DNA of 48,471 bases from Rhodothermales bacterium (GTDB lineage Bacteria; Bacteroidota; Rhodothermia; Rhodothermales; ISCAR-4553): positions 1 to 48,471 of the forward strand of contig JALSSK010000318.1 in assembly GCA_026984335.1 (NCBI GenBank). The letters are read 5' to 3'. Every line of letters starts with the position of its first letter. Position 1 is the first letter of the stretch. The notes under the pieces are model-generated. The model was not told the origin of the DNA, did not search any database, and was given only the letters and a program-made list of their open reading frames with translations. Position numbers and translations under genes: made by a program. Shown here in pieces: positions 27,827 through 36,865 of the stretch.

Positions 27827-28044
27827 GTGGACAGGGCAAACTCACCAAGGTGAGCGGGTTGTGATCACCCATTATTGAAACCCCCTTACCCTACAACTGC
27901 AGGGTATGACCAATATATCGCAGGGCGGTGGACCCTGTAAATGGGGAATGACCCTATTGAGGCATAGGCATTTTTCCCAGAACGGGATATGGCCGAGCCG
28001 CTGATCGGGAGCGAGGCCGGAGAGCGGCGACCATCGGGCGAGGG

Positions 28045-28515
28045 TCAGAGGCGGATGAAGTCGCGGAGCACGGGATGGGCGCGGAGGGCGGCTGCCTCGT
28101 CGGGTGTCGGGCGCATCGGGCGGTCGCGGTCGCAGGGGACGAGGCACACGAAGCCGAGCGGCGCGTCGGAGGCGGCGCGGAACTGATGCCAGGCCATAGG
28201 GGGGACGTGGACGAGATCGAACGGGGTCACCGGGGCGACGGTCTCGCCCACGAGCACCCGGCCCCGTCCCCGGAGGACGAAGACGGCATGGGGATGTTCG
28301 TGGCGCTCGAACGTGGAATGGCCGCCGGGCGCGAGCTCGAAATATCGCACCTGGGTGGGGAGTTCCGCCGTTCCTTCGAAGAGCACCTGGCGCGTGACGT
28401 CCCTGAAATGCGCGCCTTCGGGTTTGTAAACTTTCACCGGAACGTCGTCCCAGCGAAACCCGGATGCGGTTGGATGGAAACGTCGTACGGGGGCGGGGTT
28501 GTTCTCGGCGTCCAT
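28045..28515 (-). CDS. Cupin-domain protein
   Basis: 156 aa from ATG 28515 (MDAENNPAPVRRF...). Cupin core GGHSTFERHEHPHAVFVLRGRGRVLVG...VHVPPMAWHQF. The start is 10 nt after the RLP stop. Confidence 0.8.
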   Translation of the reverse strand: MDAENNPAPVRRFHPTASGFRWDDVPVKVYKPEGAHFRDVTRQVLFEGTAELPTQVRYFELAPGGHSTFERHEHPHAVFVLRGRGRVLVGETVAPVTPFDLVHVPPMAWHQFRAASDAPLGFVCLVPCDRDRPMRPTPDEAAALRAHPVLRDFIRL

Positions 28516-28525
28516 GGGGCAAACC

Positions 28526-29644
28526 TCAGGGCTGGAGGGGCGTCGAGAGGGCGGCCCGGGCGATGCCTTCGGTGAAGGCGCGTGTGCGTTCGAGCAGCGC
28601 ATCTCCGGCTTCGAGCAGACTCCCGCCGATGAGCAGGATGGCGTCCGTGCCGAAGGTCTCGACGAGTTCGGCGGCCCGCTCGACCTGCATCCCGCCCGCG
28701 GGCACGGGGAAAGCCGGGCGAAACGGGGGCCACGGGCATCGGAGCGCCTCGGCGACGTCGAGGCAGACGTCGCGGGGAAAGCTGAACCGCCCGCCGTAGT
28801 TGGCGAAGATGACGGCGTCGGCCCCGAAGAGCCGGAAGAGCTTGCCCGGCAGCAGCCCGGGGCGCATCCGCGCCGCGCCGGTGAAGCTCGGGTGCGCCAG
28901 CACGGGCACGTCGAGCCGGCGGTGCGTCAACTCGTGGAAGAAGGGCAATCCCACGAGCATGGGCGCGACCATCACCGCCTCGGCTCCGGCCTTCCGCGCG
29001 AACTCATATTGCCGGAGGATGGTCTCGGGCGTGCCGGAGAGGTTGGGCACGTAAACCGATCGCGCGCCGCTTCGGGCCGCCCCTTCGGCGACGGCGTCGA
29101 GGCAGGCACGGACGCGCGCCTCGAAAGGGCAGAACGGGTGGTCGGCGAGGTAATGATCGTCCTTGATGAGGTCGACGCCGCCCTCGGCAAGCGTGCGACA
29201 GAGGGCAGCCGTCTCCTCGACCGACAGGCCCACGGGCTTGAGGGCGGAAGCCGTCAGCGGGCGGTCGTGGATGCCGAGGCGCGCCCGCAGGCCCTCGATG
29301 CCGAAGCGCGGCCCGCGGAAAAGCGAGGCCAGCGGCTCCGGCAGCGTGAAGTCGTCGAGCCGGACGCCGGCGTGCATGGAACTGTTGCCGAAGAGCACGT
29401 TGAGGAACTGCGCGGGATCGGCGGCGGCGGTGCGCACGGGCAACGTCAGGGTCACGCGAAAGCCGCCCGCGGGATCGGGGACGGGTGCGCTCCGACGGCC
29501 CATCATGTGCGCGCGCACGAACGGGTAGCGCAGGCCCACCCCGCGCGGCGTCTCGATGGTCTGTTCCAGGTGCACCGCTTCGGCAAGCGCTTCGGCGCGG
29601 TCCGCCGCGACGTCGAGGTGGTACGTAGCTTCGAAATAATCCAT
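28526..29644 (-). CDS. RuBisCO large-subunit-like protein (form IV RLP)
   Basis: 372 aa. LKPVGLS (K175 equivalent), GGVDLIKDDH (carbamylated-Lys region), AHPSF and VPAGGM (GG phosphate-binding loop). There is no small subunit, no full set of carboxylase residues and a short N-domain. Confidence 0.85.
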   Translation of the reverse strand: MDYFEATYHLDVAADRAEALAEAVHLEQTIETPRGVGLRYPFVRAHMMGRRSAPVPDPAGGFRVTLTLPVRTAAADPAQFLNVLFGNSSMHAGVRLDDFTLPEPLASLFRGPRFGIEGLRARLGIHDRPLTASALKPVGLSVEETAALCRTLAEGGVDLIKDDHYLADHPFCPFEARVRACLDAVAEGAARSGARSVYVPNLSGTPETILRQYEFARKAGAEAVMVAPMLVGLPFFHELTHRRLDVPVLAHPSFTGAARMRPGLLPGKLFRLFGADAVIFANYGGRFSFPRDVCLDVAEALRCPWPPFRPAFPVPAGGMQVERAAELVETFGTDAILLIGGSLLEAGDALLERTRAFTEGIARAALSTPLQP

Positions 29645-29723
29645 CCGGGATTCGGCTTCATGCGAAAAAACGAGCCCTCGTACGCGGCGGGGCAGGCAAC
29701 TTCGGGCGAGAGGGCGGCGGCGC

Positions 29724-30485
29724 TCACACGGTGACTTCAGGCTCGTAACACGCGCGCGCGCTGTAGGCGGCGCCGATGATGCCGGCCTCGTTTTGAAGGA
29801 GCGCCGGCGTCAGGTCCGCCTGCGTCTTCAGATGACCGGAAAACTTCTCCCATTTCTTCGGCCGACTGATGCCGCCGCCGATGATGAGAAGGTCCGGCGC
29901 GAAGAGAAACTCGACGTGTTCGAGGTACCGTTGAAAGCGTCGCGCCCAGGCCTTCCAGGGGAGGTCGTCGCGTTTGCGGGCGCTGTCGGCGGCGTGAGAT
30001 TCGGCGTCGCGCCCGTCGAGTTCGAGGTGGCCGAGTTCGGTGTTCGGGACGAGGATCTGATTGATGAAGAGCGCCGAGCCGATGCCGGTGCCGATGGTGA
30101 GGACCATCACGAAATCGTGCCGATCACGGCCCGCGCCGAAAGCCATCTCGGCCACGCCGGCGGCGTCGGCGTCGTTGAGCACGAAAGTCCGGCAGCCCGT
30201 TTTCTCCTCGATGAGCCGCGCCGCATTGGCGCCGATCCATCGCCGGTCGATGTTCGCAGCGGTGAGCACCGTCCCGTGCTTGACCCGCCCCGGGATGGTG
30301 CATCCGACGGCGCCTTTCCATTCGAAATGCTCGACGATTCGATGCACGGCCTTGACGACGGCCCTGGGCGTGGCGGGCTTCGGCGTGGGGATGCGGAAGC
30401 GTTCCGCCGCCAGGGTTCCATGCACGATGTCCACGGGCGCGCCCTTCACACCCGATCCTCCGATGTCGATGCCGAGGATTTTCAA
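29724..30485 (-). CDS. ppgK: Polyphosphate glucokinase (ROK family)
   Basis: ILGIDIGGSGVKGAPVD, VLNDADAAG, LTIGTGIGSALF and NTELGHLELDG. No ATG is available. TTG 30485 (M-KILGIDIGG) is preferred over the track start TTG 30605. Confidence 0.85.
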   Translation of the reverse strand: MKILGIDIGGSGVKGAPVDIVHGTLAAERFRIPTPKPATPRAVVKAVHRIVEHFEWKGAVGCTIPGRVKHGTVLTAANIDRRWIGANAARLIEEKTGCRTFVLNDADAAGVAEMAFGAGRDRHDFVMVLTIGTGIGSALFINQILVPNTELGHLELDGRDAESHAADSARKRDDLPWKAWARRFQRYLEHVEFLFAPDLLIIGGGISRPKKWEKFSGHLKTQADLTPALLQNEAGIIGAAYSARACYEPEVTV

Positions 30486-30698
30486 GGATCCGAGGAGTTT
30501 TGATGACCGAAAGGGAGACGATTGACTTCGCCCGGCAAAGTACGGCGTCGCGCCCGGCGCGTCAAACGCTCGTGCCGCCAAAGAAAGTAAAGGAAGCGGA
30601 AGCAATTTAGCGCTTCTTTACCACGCCATTGAGCGCCATGCCCTATTTTATGGCGTTCGTCTTTCAACCCCAACCTGTCCTGAAGAGGCCTTCTTCCC

Positions 30699-30833
30699 AT
30701 GAAAAGATTTTTGCTCCTCGCCGCCCTTTTTCTGACGTTCGGTCTGAGTTCGTGCCAGTGCTCGGACAAGCCGCCCATCGGTCCCGTGGAAAACGCGCGC
30801 GCCTCGGTGGCTGCGCCGATGCCCCTCGTTTAG
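30699..30833 (+). CDS. Small (44 aa) lipoprotein ORF below the track cutoff
   Basis: ATG AAA AGA TTT TTG... gives MKRFLLLAALFLTFGLSSCQCSDKPPIGPVENARASVAAPMPLV. This has a KR n-region, a hydrophobic core and the lipobox L-S-S-C. The ORF ends 44 nt before dnaG. Confidence 0.45.
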   Translation: MKRFLLLAALFLTFGLSSCQCSDKPPIGPVENARASVAAPMPLV

Positions 30834-30877
30834 GGCGCCCGACGTCCGCTCCGCTCGTTTTCGTGCTCCCTCGCGCC

Positions 30878-32782
30878 ATGTTTCTTTCGGATGAAAAGAT
30901 CGAAGAGATCCGCGCCGCCACGGACATCGTGGAGGTGGTGGGGGACTACGTGCGGCTGAAAAAGCGCGGAGCGAAATTCTGGGGATTATGCCCGTTCCAC
31001 AGCGAGAAGTCGCCCTCGTTCAGCGTGGATCCCGAGCACAACCTTTTTTATTGTTTCGGTTGTCGGAAGGGCGGCGACGTGTACACGTTCGTCCGGGAGA
31101 TCGAAGGCGTCGGCTTCTTCGAGGCGGCGAAGGCGCTTGCCGAGCGGGCGGGGGTGCCGCTGCCGGAAGACGCTGCGCAGAAGGAACGGGCCAACGAGGT
31201 CGAGTCGATCTATAACGCGCTGCTCTTTGCGGCCCGTTTTTTCTATATCCAGCTCACCCAGACCGAGGCGGGGAAGCCCGCGCTCGAATACCTGCGCGGA
31301 CGCGGATTTACGAAGGAAACGGTGAAGAAATTCCGTCTCGGCTATGCGCCGGATGCGTGGGACCGGCTGCTCCACGCGGCGGAGGCGGAGCACATCAAGG
31401 TGGAGACACTCGAGAAGGCGGGGCTCGTGATCCCGCGCCGCGAGGCAGACGGCTATTACGACCGGTATCGGGGGCGCGTCATCTTTCCCATTCTCTCGCA
31501 CGTGGGGAAGGTGCTCGGCTTCGGCGGACGCATTCTGTCGGCGGATAAGGATCAGCCGAAGTACATCAACTCGCCGGAGACCACGGTCTATAACAAGAGC
31601 CGGGTGCTCTACGGGCTGTACCACGGGAAGCAGGCCATCCGGCGGCGCGAAGAAGTGATGCTCGTCGAGGGGTACACCGACGTGATCTCGCTCCATCAGG
31701 CGGGCGTGGAGAACGTCGTTGCCGCCGGCGGGACGGCGCTCACGGCCGAACAGGTGAAGGCGCTTCACCGGTATTGCCAACGCATCCTTCTGCTCTATGA
31801 CGCCGACGCGGCAGGGGCGAGCGCCACGCTGCGCGGCATCGAACTCGGCCTCGAACAGGGCATGAGCGTCTATGCCGTGGCCCTGCCCGGCGGCGAGGAT
31901 CCGGACTCGTTCGTGCGCGCGCACGGCGGAGAAGCCTTCGATGCGTACGTGAAGAAGCATCGCCAGGATTTCGTGGCGTACATGTATGCGCAGGCCCGGC
32001 GCACGGGCGCGCTCGACACGCCCGAGGGAGAAGCCGGCACGCAACGGAGCATCCTCAGGGCGGTGGCGCGCATCCCCGACGAGCTCGTCCGGGAGTCGTA
32101 CCTCCGGCGGGCGAGCGAGGTGCTCGGCGTGCCCGACATGCAGCTTCGGAGCGTGCTCGAAACGATCGGCCGAAACCACCGGCGCGAGGAACGCCGACGC
32201 GCGCCTCGCCCGCCCGCCGCACCGGCCCCGCCGCCTTCGGAGAGCGCGCCGCCGGGACCGTCTCCCGCGCCCGCCGTGCGGGAGCCGCTGCCACAGGAAA
32301 AGATCCTCCTTCGGCTCATGATCGAGCACGGCGCGCCCATGATTGAGTTCATCCTCGGGCACATGGCGGAAGAGGAGTTCACCGAAGGCCCGGCCCGCGA
32401 GGTGGTGCGGCGCCTGCTGACGATGTACGAGAACGACGACGTCCGGCCGAAGCGCCTCCTCGAGGGCGCGTACGGCCGGACGATCCAGAGCCTCGCCGCA
32501 GCCGTGATGGTGGATCCGTACGAGCCGTCGGAAAACTGGCAAAAGCGGCAGAACATCAACGTCCCGCGCCTCAATGAGGACCCGGAGGAGACGGCCGCGA
32601 GCGCCATGATGATTCTCAAGCGCATCCGCGTCGACGAGGCCATCCGGCGGCAGAAAGACGCGCTCTTTCAGGCGCAGCAGCGCGGCGAGGACCTGCGCGC
32701 GCATCAGGAACGCATGATGGCGCTTCACCGGCTACGGAGACAAATCGAAAGCCGCGCCTTTCTGGGCACGGACACCGCTTGA
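30878..32782 (+). CDS. dnaG: DNA primase
   Basis: Zinc ribbon CPFHSEKSPSFSV...YCFGCRKGGD. TOPRIM motifs LVEGYTDVI and LLYDADAAG. Start set at ATG 30878 (MFLSDEKIEEIRAATDIVEVV). Confidence 0.92.
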   Translation: MFLSDEKIEEIRAATDIVEVVGDYVRLKKRGAKFWGLCPFHSEKSPSFSVDPEHNLFYCFGCRKGGDVYTFVREIEGVGFFEAAKALAERAGVPLPEDAAQKERANEVESIYNALLFAARFFYIQLTQTEAGKPALEYLRGRGFTKETVKKFRLGYAPDAWDRLLHAAEAEHIKVETLEKAGLVIPRREADGYYDRYRGRVIFPILSHVGKVLGFGGRILSADKDQPKYINSPETTVYNKSRVLYGLYHGKQAIRRREEVMLVEGYTDVISLHQAGVENVVAAGGTALTAEQVKALHRYCQRILLLYDADAAGASATLRGIELGLEQGMSVYAVALPGGEDPDSFVRAHGGEAFDAYVKKHRQDFVAYMYAQARRTGALDTPEGEAGTQRSILRAVARIPDELVRESYLRRASEVLGVPDMQLRSVLETIGRNHRREERRRAPRPPAAPAPPPSESAPPGPSPAPAVREPLPQEKILLRLMIEHGAPMIEFILGHMAEEEFTEGPAREVVRRLLTMYENDDVRPKRLLEGAYGRTIQSLAAAVMVDPYEPSENWQKRQNINVPRLNEDPEETAASAMMILKRIRVDEAIRRQKDALFQAQQRGEDLRAHQERMMALHRLRRQIESRAFLGTDTA

Positions 32783-32794
32783 TCCGGGGGGCGG

Positions 32795-32818
32795 CGCCCA
32801 CGGGGCGGGTGTTTTTTT
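32795..32818 (+). terminator. Weak intrinsic terminator after dnaG
   Basis: CGCCC-acg-GGGCG (5 GC pairs), then GGTG and T7 (32812-32818). Confidence 0.35.
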
Positions 32819-33124
32819 CCAGAAGGCCGAGCATCTTCCGAACCGGGCGCTCGTCTGAGACGGCGCCCCGCGATCCGGATGTGGGGAAATGCCTGACGGT
32901 CCGGCGGTTGACTTGCCCACAGCCGATGCAGGGCGACCCCCGGCGATTTCGATGAACACATGCGCCTTTCTTAAAAATTCCGCGCGACTGCGGGGAGCGC
33001 CCGGCAGCGTGCGTCGGCACTCGGGATCGCGTGATTACGGCGAGAGTACACATAAACGCCGGCCGTGGCACGTGATGGGGGCGAGGCATGAACGATCAAC
33101 CCTTTTGAGATCAATCGAACGAAT

Positions 33125-35344
33125 ATGAGCATTAGAGAAGAAGCACGACACGTCGAGATAGAGCCGGTGAGCGGCAACGGGACGACGGGGGCAGCGCCGA
33201 CCTCTGCCGTGCTTCGCGCCACCGCGCCCCGTCCGGTGCCGAAACGCGCCGGCCTCGACGACCCGAGGCTCTATTTCAACCGCGAGTTGAGCTGGCTCGA
33301 TTTCAACTGGCGTGTGTTGCATCAGGCCCTCGATACGCGCACGCCGTTGCTCGAACGGGTGCGGTTCCTCGCCATCACGGCCAGCAACCTCGACGAGTTC
33401 TTCCGCAAGCGCGTCGGCGGGCTGAAGCGACAGGTGGCGGCGGGCGTGCACAAACTCTCGCCCGACGGGCGAACCCCCGCCGAGCAACTCGAACTCATCA
33501 GCCTGGCCGTGCGGCCCATGTACAAGACCCTCACGGAGACCTGGGAGCAAACGCTCAAACCCCTCCTCCGTGACAAGGCGCGCATCCACATCCGCGATTA
33601 CGCCACGCTGAACCGGCGTCAGAAAGAGCGGCTCCACAAGTACTTCATGGCCAATTTCTTCCCGGTGCTGACGCCCCTCGCCGTCGACCCGGGGCACCCC
33701 TTTCCGTTCATTTCCAACCTGAGCCTTTCGCTGGCCGTGACGCTGCGCCATCCGAAACGCCGGACCGAGCACTTCGCGCGGTTGAAGGTGCCCACGAATC
33801 GGGGACGGTGGATCGCCCTCGACGAGCCGGGGCATTTCGTGCCCATCGAACAGGTCATCGCCAACAACGCCCACGAACTCTTCCGCGGCATGGAGATCGT
33901 CAGCGTGCACCCCTTCCGCATCACCCGGAACGCAGACGTGCGGCGGGACGAGGAGGAGGCGGACGATCTCATCGAGATGATCTCGGACGAGTTGCGGGAA
34001 CGTCGCTTTGCCAAGGTGGTCCGGGCCGAGGTGGACGCCCGCATGACGGACGAGATCCGCAGCCTGCTCATGCGAGAACTCGACCTGAAGGAGGAAGACC
34101 TCTATGACGTCGAAGGACAGATCGACCTGACCGACACGTTCTGGTTGGCCGATCTCGATTATCCCGAACACAAGTACGAACCGTGGGAGCCGGTCATCCC
34201 GACGCGACTGCTTCATGAGGGCGAGGCCAAGGATCGGCCGAACATTTTCGCCGTCATCCGGAACGACGACCTGCTCGTGCATCACCCGTACGAATCCTTT
34301 CGGGCCAGCACCCAGCGCTTCATCGAAGAGGCCGCCGAAGATCCGAAGGTGGTCGCCATCAAGCAGACGCTCTATCGCACCTCCGACGAGTCGCCCGTCG
34401 TGGACGCGCTCATCCGCGCCGCCGAGAGCGGCAAACAGGTGGCGGTGCTCGTGGAGGTGAAGGCCCGGTTCGATGAGCAAAACAACATCGAGTGGGGGCA
34501 GATCCTCGAAAAGTCGGGCGTGCACGTGACGTACGGGCTCGTGGGGCTGAAGACGCACACGAAGACGACGCTCGTCATCCGCGAAGAGGACGAGGGGCTG
34601 CGGGCCTATTGCCACATCGGCACCGGAAACTACAACCCGAAAACGGCGCGGCTCTATACCGACTTCGGGCTGCTCACGTGCGATCCCGACCTGGGATTCG
34701 ACCTGATCAACCTGTTCCATTATCTGACCGGGTATTCGCCCGAACAGCATTATCGCAAGCTCGTCGTGGCCCCGCGCGACATGCGGAAGACGTTCCTCCG
34801 GCTGGTGCGCGGCGAGGTGGCCAACCAGAAAAAGCACGGGAACGGCCGCATCATCGCCAAGATGAATGCGCTCGACGACATCGAGATGATCCAGGAACTG
34901 TATCGCGCCTCGAAGGCCGGCGTTCAGGTCGATCTCATCATTCGCGGGCATTGCCGCCTGCGTCCCGGGCTGCCGAAGTTCAGCGAAAACATACGCGTGA
35001 TCAGCATCCTGGGGCGCTTCCTCGAACACAGCCGGATCTACTTTTTCGGCAATAACGAGGACCCGCGCCTGTTCATTGGCAGCGCCGACTGGATGCGCCG
35101 CAACCTGGACGACCGGGTGGAAGCCGTCGTGGAGGTGGAAAAACCGCTGCTCAAGGCCCGCCTGATCCGGACGCTGCGCTTCGCCATGGCGGATCGCCGG
35201 ACGGCCTGGGATCTCCATCCCGACGGCCGGTACGTGCTTCGGATGCCCTCGAAGCCGGAGGAGGAGATCGGCTTTCAAGAGATCCTGATGCGACGCGCCC
35301 GCAACCGCACGCTCCGCGCGGATACGCCGTGGGACATCGACTGA
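33125..35344 (+). CDS. ppk: Polyphosphate kinase 1
   Basis: 739 aa with RFLAITASNLDEFF, VGLKTHTKTTLVIR, IGTGNYN and SADWMRRNLDDRVE. Confidence 0.93.
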   Translation: MSIREEARHVEIEPVSGNGTTGAAPTSAVLRATAPRPVPKRAGLDDPRLYFNRELSWLDFNWRVLHQALDTRTPLLERVRFLAITASNLDEFFRKRVGGLKRQVAAGVHKLSPDGRTPAEQLELISLAVRPMYKTLTETWEQTLKPLLRDKARIHIRDYATLNRRQKERLHKYFMANFFPVLTPLAVDPGHPFPFISNLSLSLAVTLRHPKRRTEHFARLKVPTNRGRWIALDEPGHFVPIEQVIANNAHELFRGMEIVSVHPFRITRNADVRRDEEEADDLIEMISDELRERRFAKVVRAEVDARMTDEIRSLLMRELDLKEEDLYDVEGQIDLTDTFWLADLDYPEHKYEPWEPVIPTRLLHEGEAKDRPNIFAVIRNDDLLVHHPYESFRASTQRFIEEAAEDPKVVAIKQTLYRTSDESPVVDALIRAAESGKQVAVLVEVKARFDEQNNIEWGQILEKSGVHVTYGLVGLKTHTKTTLVIREEDEGLRAYCHIGTGNYNPKTARLYTDFGLLTCDPDLGFDLINLFHYLTGYSPEQHYRKLVVAPRDMRKTFLRLVRGEVANQKKHGNGRIIAKMNALDDIEMIQELYRASKAGVQVDLIIRGHCRLRPGLPKFSENIRVISILGRFLEHSRIYFFGNNEDPRLFIGSADWMRRNLDDRVEAVVEVEKPLLKARLIRTLRFAMADRRTAWDLHPDGRYVLRMPSKPEEEIGFQEILMRRARNRTLRADTPWDID

Positions 35345-35500
35345 GCGAGCCGGAGGCCGACGCTTTCCCGGGAAGCGGAGACGAGGCGTCTGTGGGCCGC
35401 CCGCAAGGCGTCCGGAAACAGGGACATAAAAAGAGCGGGCGGCAACATTCTCCGCTTTGCGTCGTCATGTAACGTAGTGTTCCCCAGCTTATATGTTGTC

Positions 35501-36232
35501 ATGATCGGCCGCCTCGAACATCGTTCCCTTTCCCTTCCAGAGCGGTTCGAGCGCCGTCGCGAAAGCTACCGCATGCGCATCCTGGCCTCGACGGCGGCAA
35601 GCCTGCTCGTCGTGCTTGCGGCGGTTCGTCTTCCGATGTCTCAGTCACCGGTCAAGGTGGGATGGGAGTTCCCCCGGGACGAGCGAACGATCCAACTCGA
35701 AGACCTGCAGGAAGAACGTAAACCGGAGCCGGCCTCCGGTGTGCCGATCACGTTCTTTGCCCACCCCGAACCGGTGGAGCGCACCGAAGGCGTGGATCGG
35801 AACGTCGCGGAGGAGGCTTCGCCGGAAGAGCATGCCCCGCCGTTGCCGGACGTCCCGATGGAGCGTATGGTGCTCGCCTTCGCCGAGAAGATGCCGACCA
35901 TACAGGGCGGGCTCGGCGCATATTACATCAACATCGAGTACCCGCAGGCCGCCATCGCCGCGGGCATTCAGGGAAGGCTGATCCTCGACTTCATCGTCGA
36001 ACCCGATGGACGCCCCACCTCCGTCAAGGTGCTCAAGTCGCTGCATCCGCTGTGCGACTCGGCGGCGGTGCGGGCGCTTCGAAAGACGCGTTTCATGCCG
36101 GGCCGTCAGAACGGCGAGGCGGTGCCCGTTCGGATGCGCCTCCCCGTCAGCTTCCGCCTCATCGACCTTTCCGGCAGCGACTCCACCGCCACCGCCACCG
36201 ACACCTCCCACGCCCTCAACGGGTCGTTCTAA
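35501..36232 (+). CDS. TonB-family energy transducer
   Basis: N-terminal TM helix (ILASTAASLLVVLAAV), a Pro/Glu-rich linker and the C-terminal YPQAAIAAGIQGRLILDFIVEPDGRPTSVKVLKS...RFMPGRQNGEAV. Start choice (35501 versus 35477 or 35573) is uncertain. Confidence 0.75.
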   Translation: MIGRLEHRSLSLPERFERRRESYRMRILASTAASLLVVLAAVRLPMSQSPVKVGWEFPRDERTIQLEDLQEERKPEPASGVPITFFAHPEPVERTEGVDRNVAEEASPEEHAPPLPDVPMERMVLAFAEKMPTIQGGLGAYYINIEYPQAAIAAGIQGRLILDFIVEPDGRPTSVKVLKSLHPLCDSAAVRALRKTRFMPGRQNGEAVPVRMRLPVSFRLIDLSGSDSTATATDTSHALNGSF

Positions 36233-36308
36233 GGCGCGAGCGCCTGCCATCCGGACGTGTCGTCGGGGGCGCTCGCCTTCGGTCCCTGTTTCCGAACCGT
36301 CAGACGGG

Positions 36309-36785
36309 CTAGCCGTGGGGGAAGGGCGACGCGAGGGCTTCGCGTGAGGAAACCCCGGCCGCAGGCAACCGACGGCTTGCCGCCTCCCATGCGAGGAAAG
36401 CTTCGAGGTCGGCGCGGACGGCGCGTACGACGGCGGAGACGACGGCCACGTCGTCGACGAAGCCGAGGCCGAAGAGGGCGTCCGGAAGGACGTCGGCGGG
36501 GTTGACGAAGTAGATGAGCGCGGCGACGGCGTAGAGGATGGAGGGCCACGGAAGGGCCCGGTATTCGTTCCGCACCCACGCGCGTGCGAGGCGGAGCAAC
36601 GTGCGGAGGTCTTCCTTGACGCGGGCGAGCGCGCCGGGATTGTTCGCGAGCTTCGTATAGCCCGTGCGGATCAGCCGGGTCATGCGCGTGCGGCGCTGAA
36701 GGGCTCGCCCCGCGCTACGGAGCGCCCGGTTCAGCCCCTTGCGCTCCCGCGCCGTCAGGTCCGTTTTCGAGAAGAAGGATTTCAT
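36309..36785 (-). CDS. DUF1232 (YkvA-like) membrane protein
   Basis: LIYFVNPADVLPDALFGLGFVDDVAVV is the DUF1232 signature. Start at ATG 36785 (MKSFFSKTD). Confidence 0.7.
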   Translation of the reverse strand: MKSFFSKTDLTARERKGLNRALRSAGRALQRRTRMTRLIRTGYTKLANNPGALARVKEDLRTLLRLARAWVRNEYRALPWPSILYAVAALIYFVNPADVLPDALFGLGFVDDVAVVSAVVRAVRADLEAFLAWEAASRRLPAAGVSSREALASPFPHG

Positions 36786-36865
36786 GGCAGGGGTTTCGTG
36801 AAGGGGAGGAATCGTACGGGCCGCGAGTCGATGCGTTTCCGCGCCCACCACACGACGCCTGCCGG

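Noticed and set aside
27217-28044. RNase P RNA, tmRNA, SRP RNA, tRNA or a c-di-GMP-I riboswitch in the long non-coding region
   Set aside because: There is no GGAAAGTCC or ACAGAA-CCGGCTTA (RNase P). There is no GGGG...TTCGA 5' end, tag ORF or TCCACCA 3' end (tmRNA), no GGTCCGGAAGGAAGCAGC (SRP) and no T-loop. CACGAAAGCCCGG only partly resembles the GEMM ACGCAAAGCC-CGG box, and the partner hairpin is missing.
28499-29734. 411-aa plus-strand ORF
   Set aside because: It is antisense to the RuBisCO-like protein gene.
30986-32728. 580-aa minus-strand ORF
   Set aside because: It is antisense to dnaG, which has the zinc ribbon and TOPRIM motifs on the plus strand.
33035-35278. 747-aa minus-strand ORF
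   Set aside because: It is antisense to ppk1, whose motifs are diagnostic. It is a shadow ORF.
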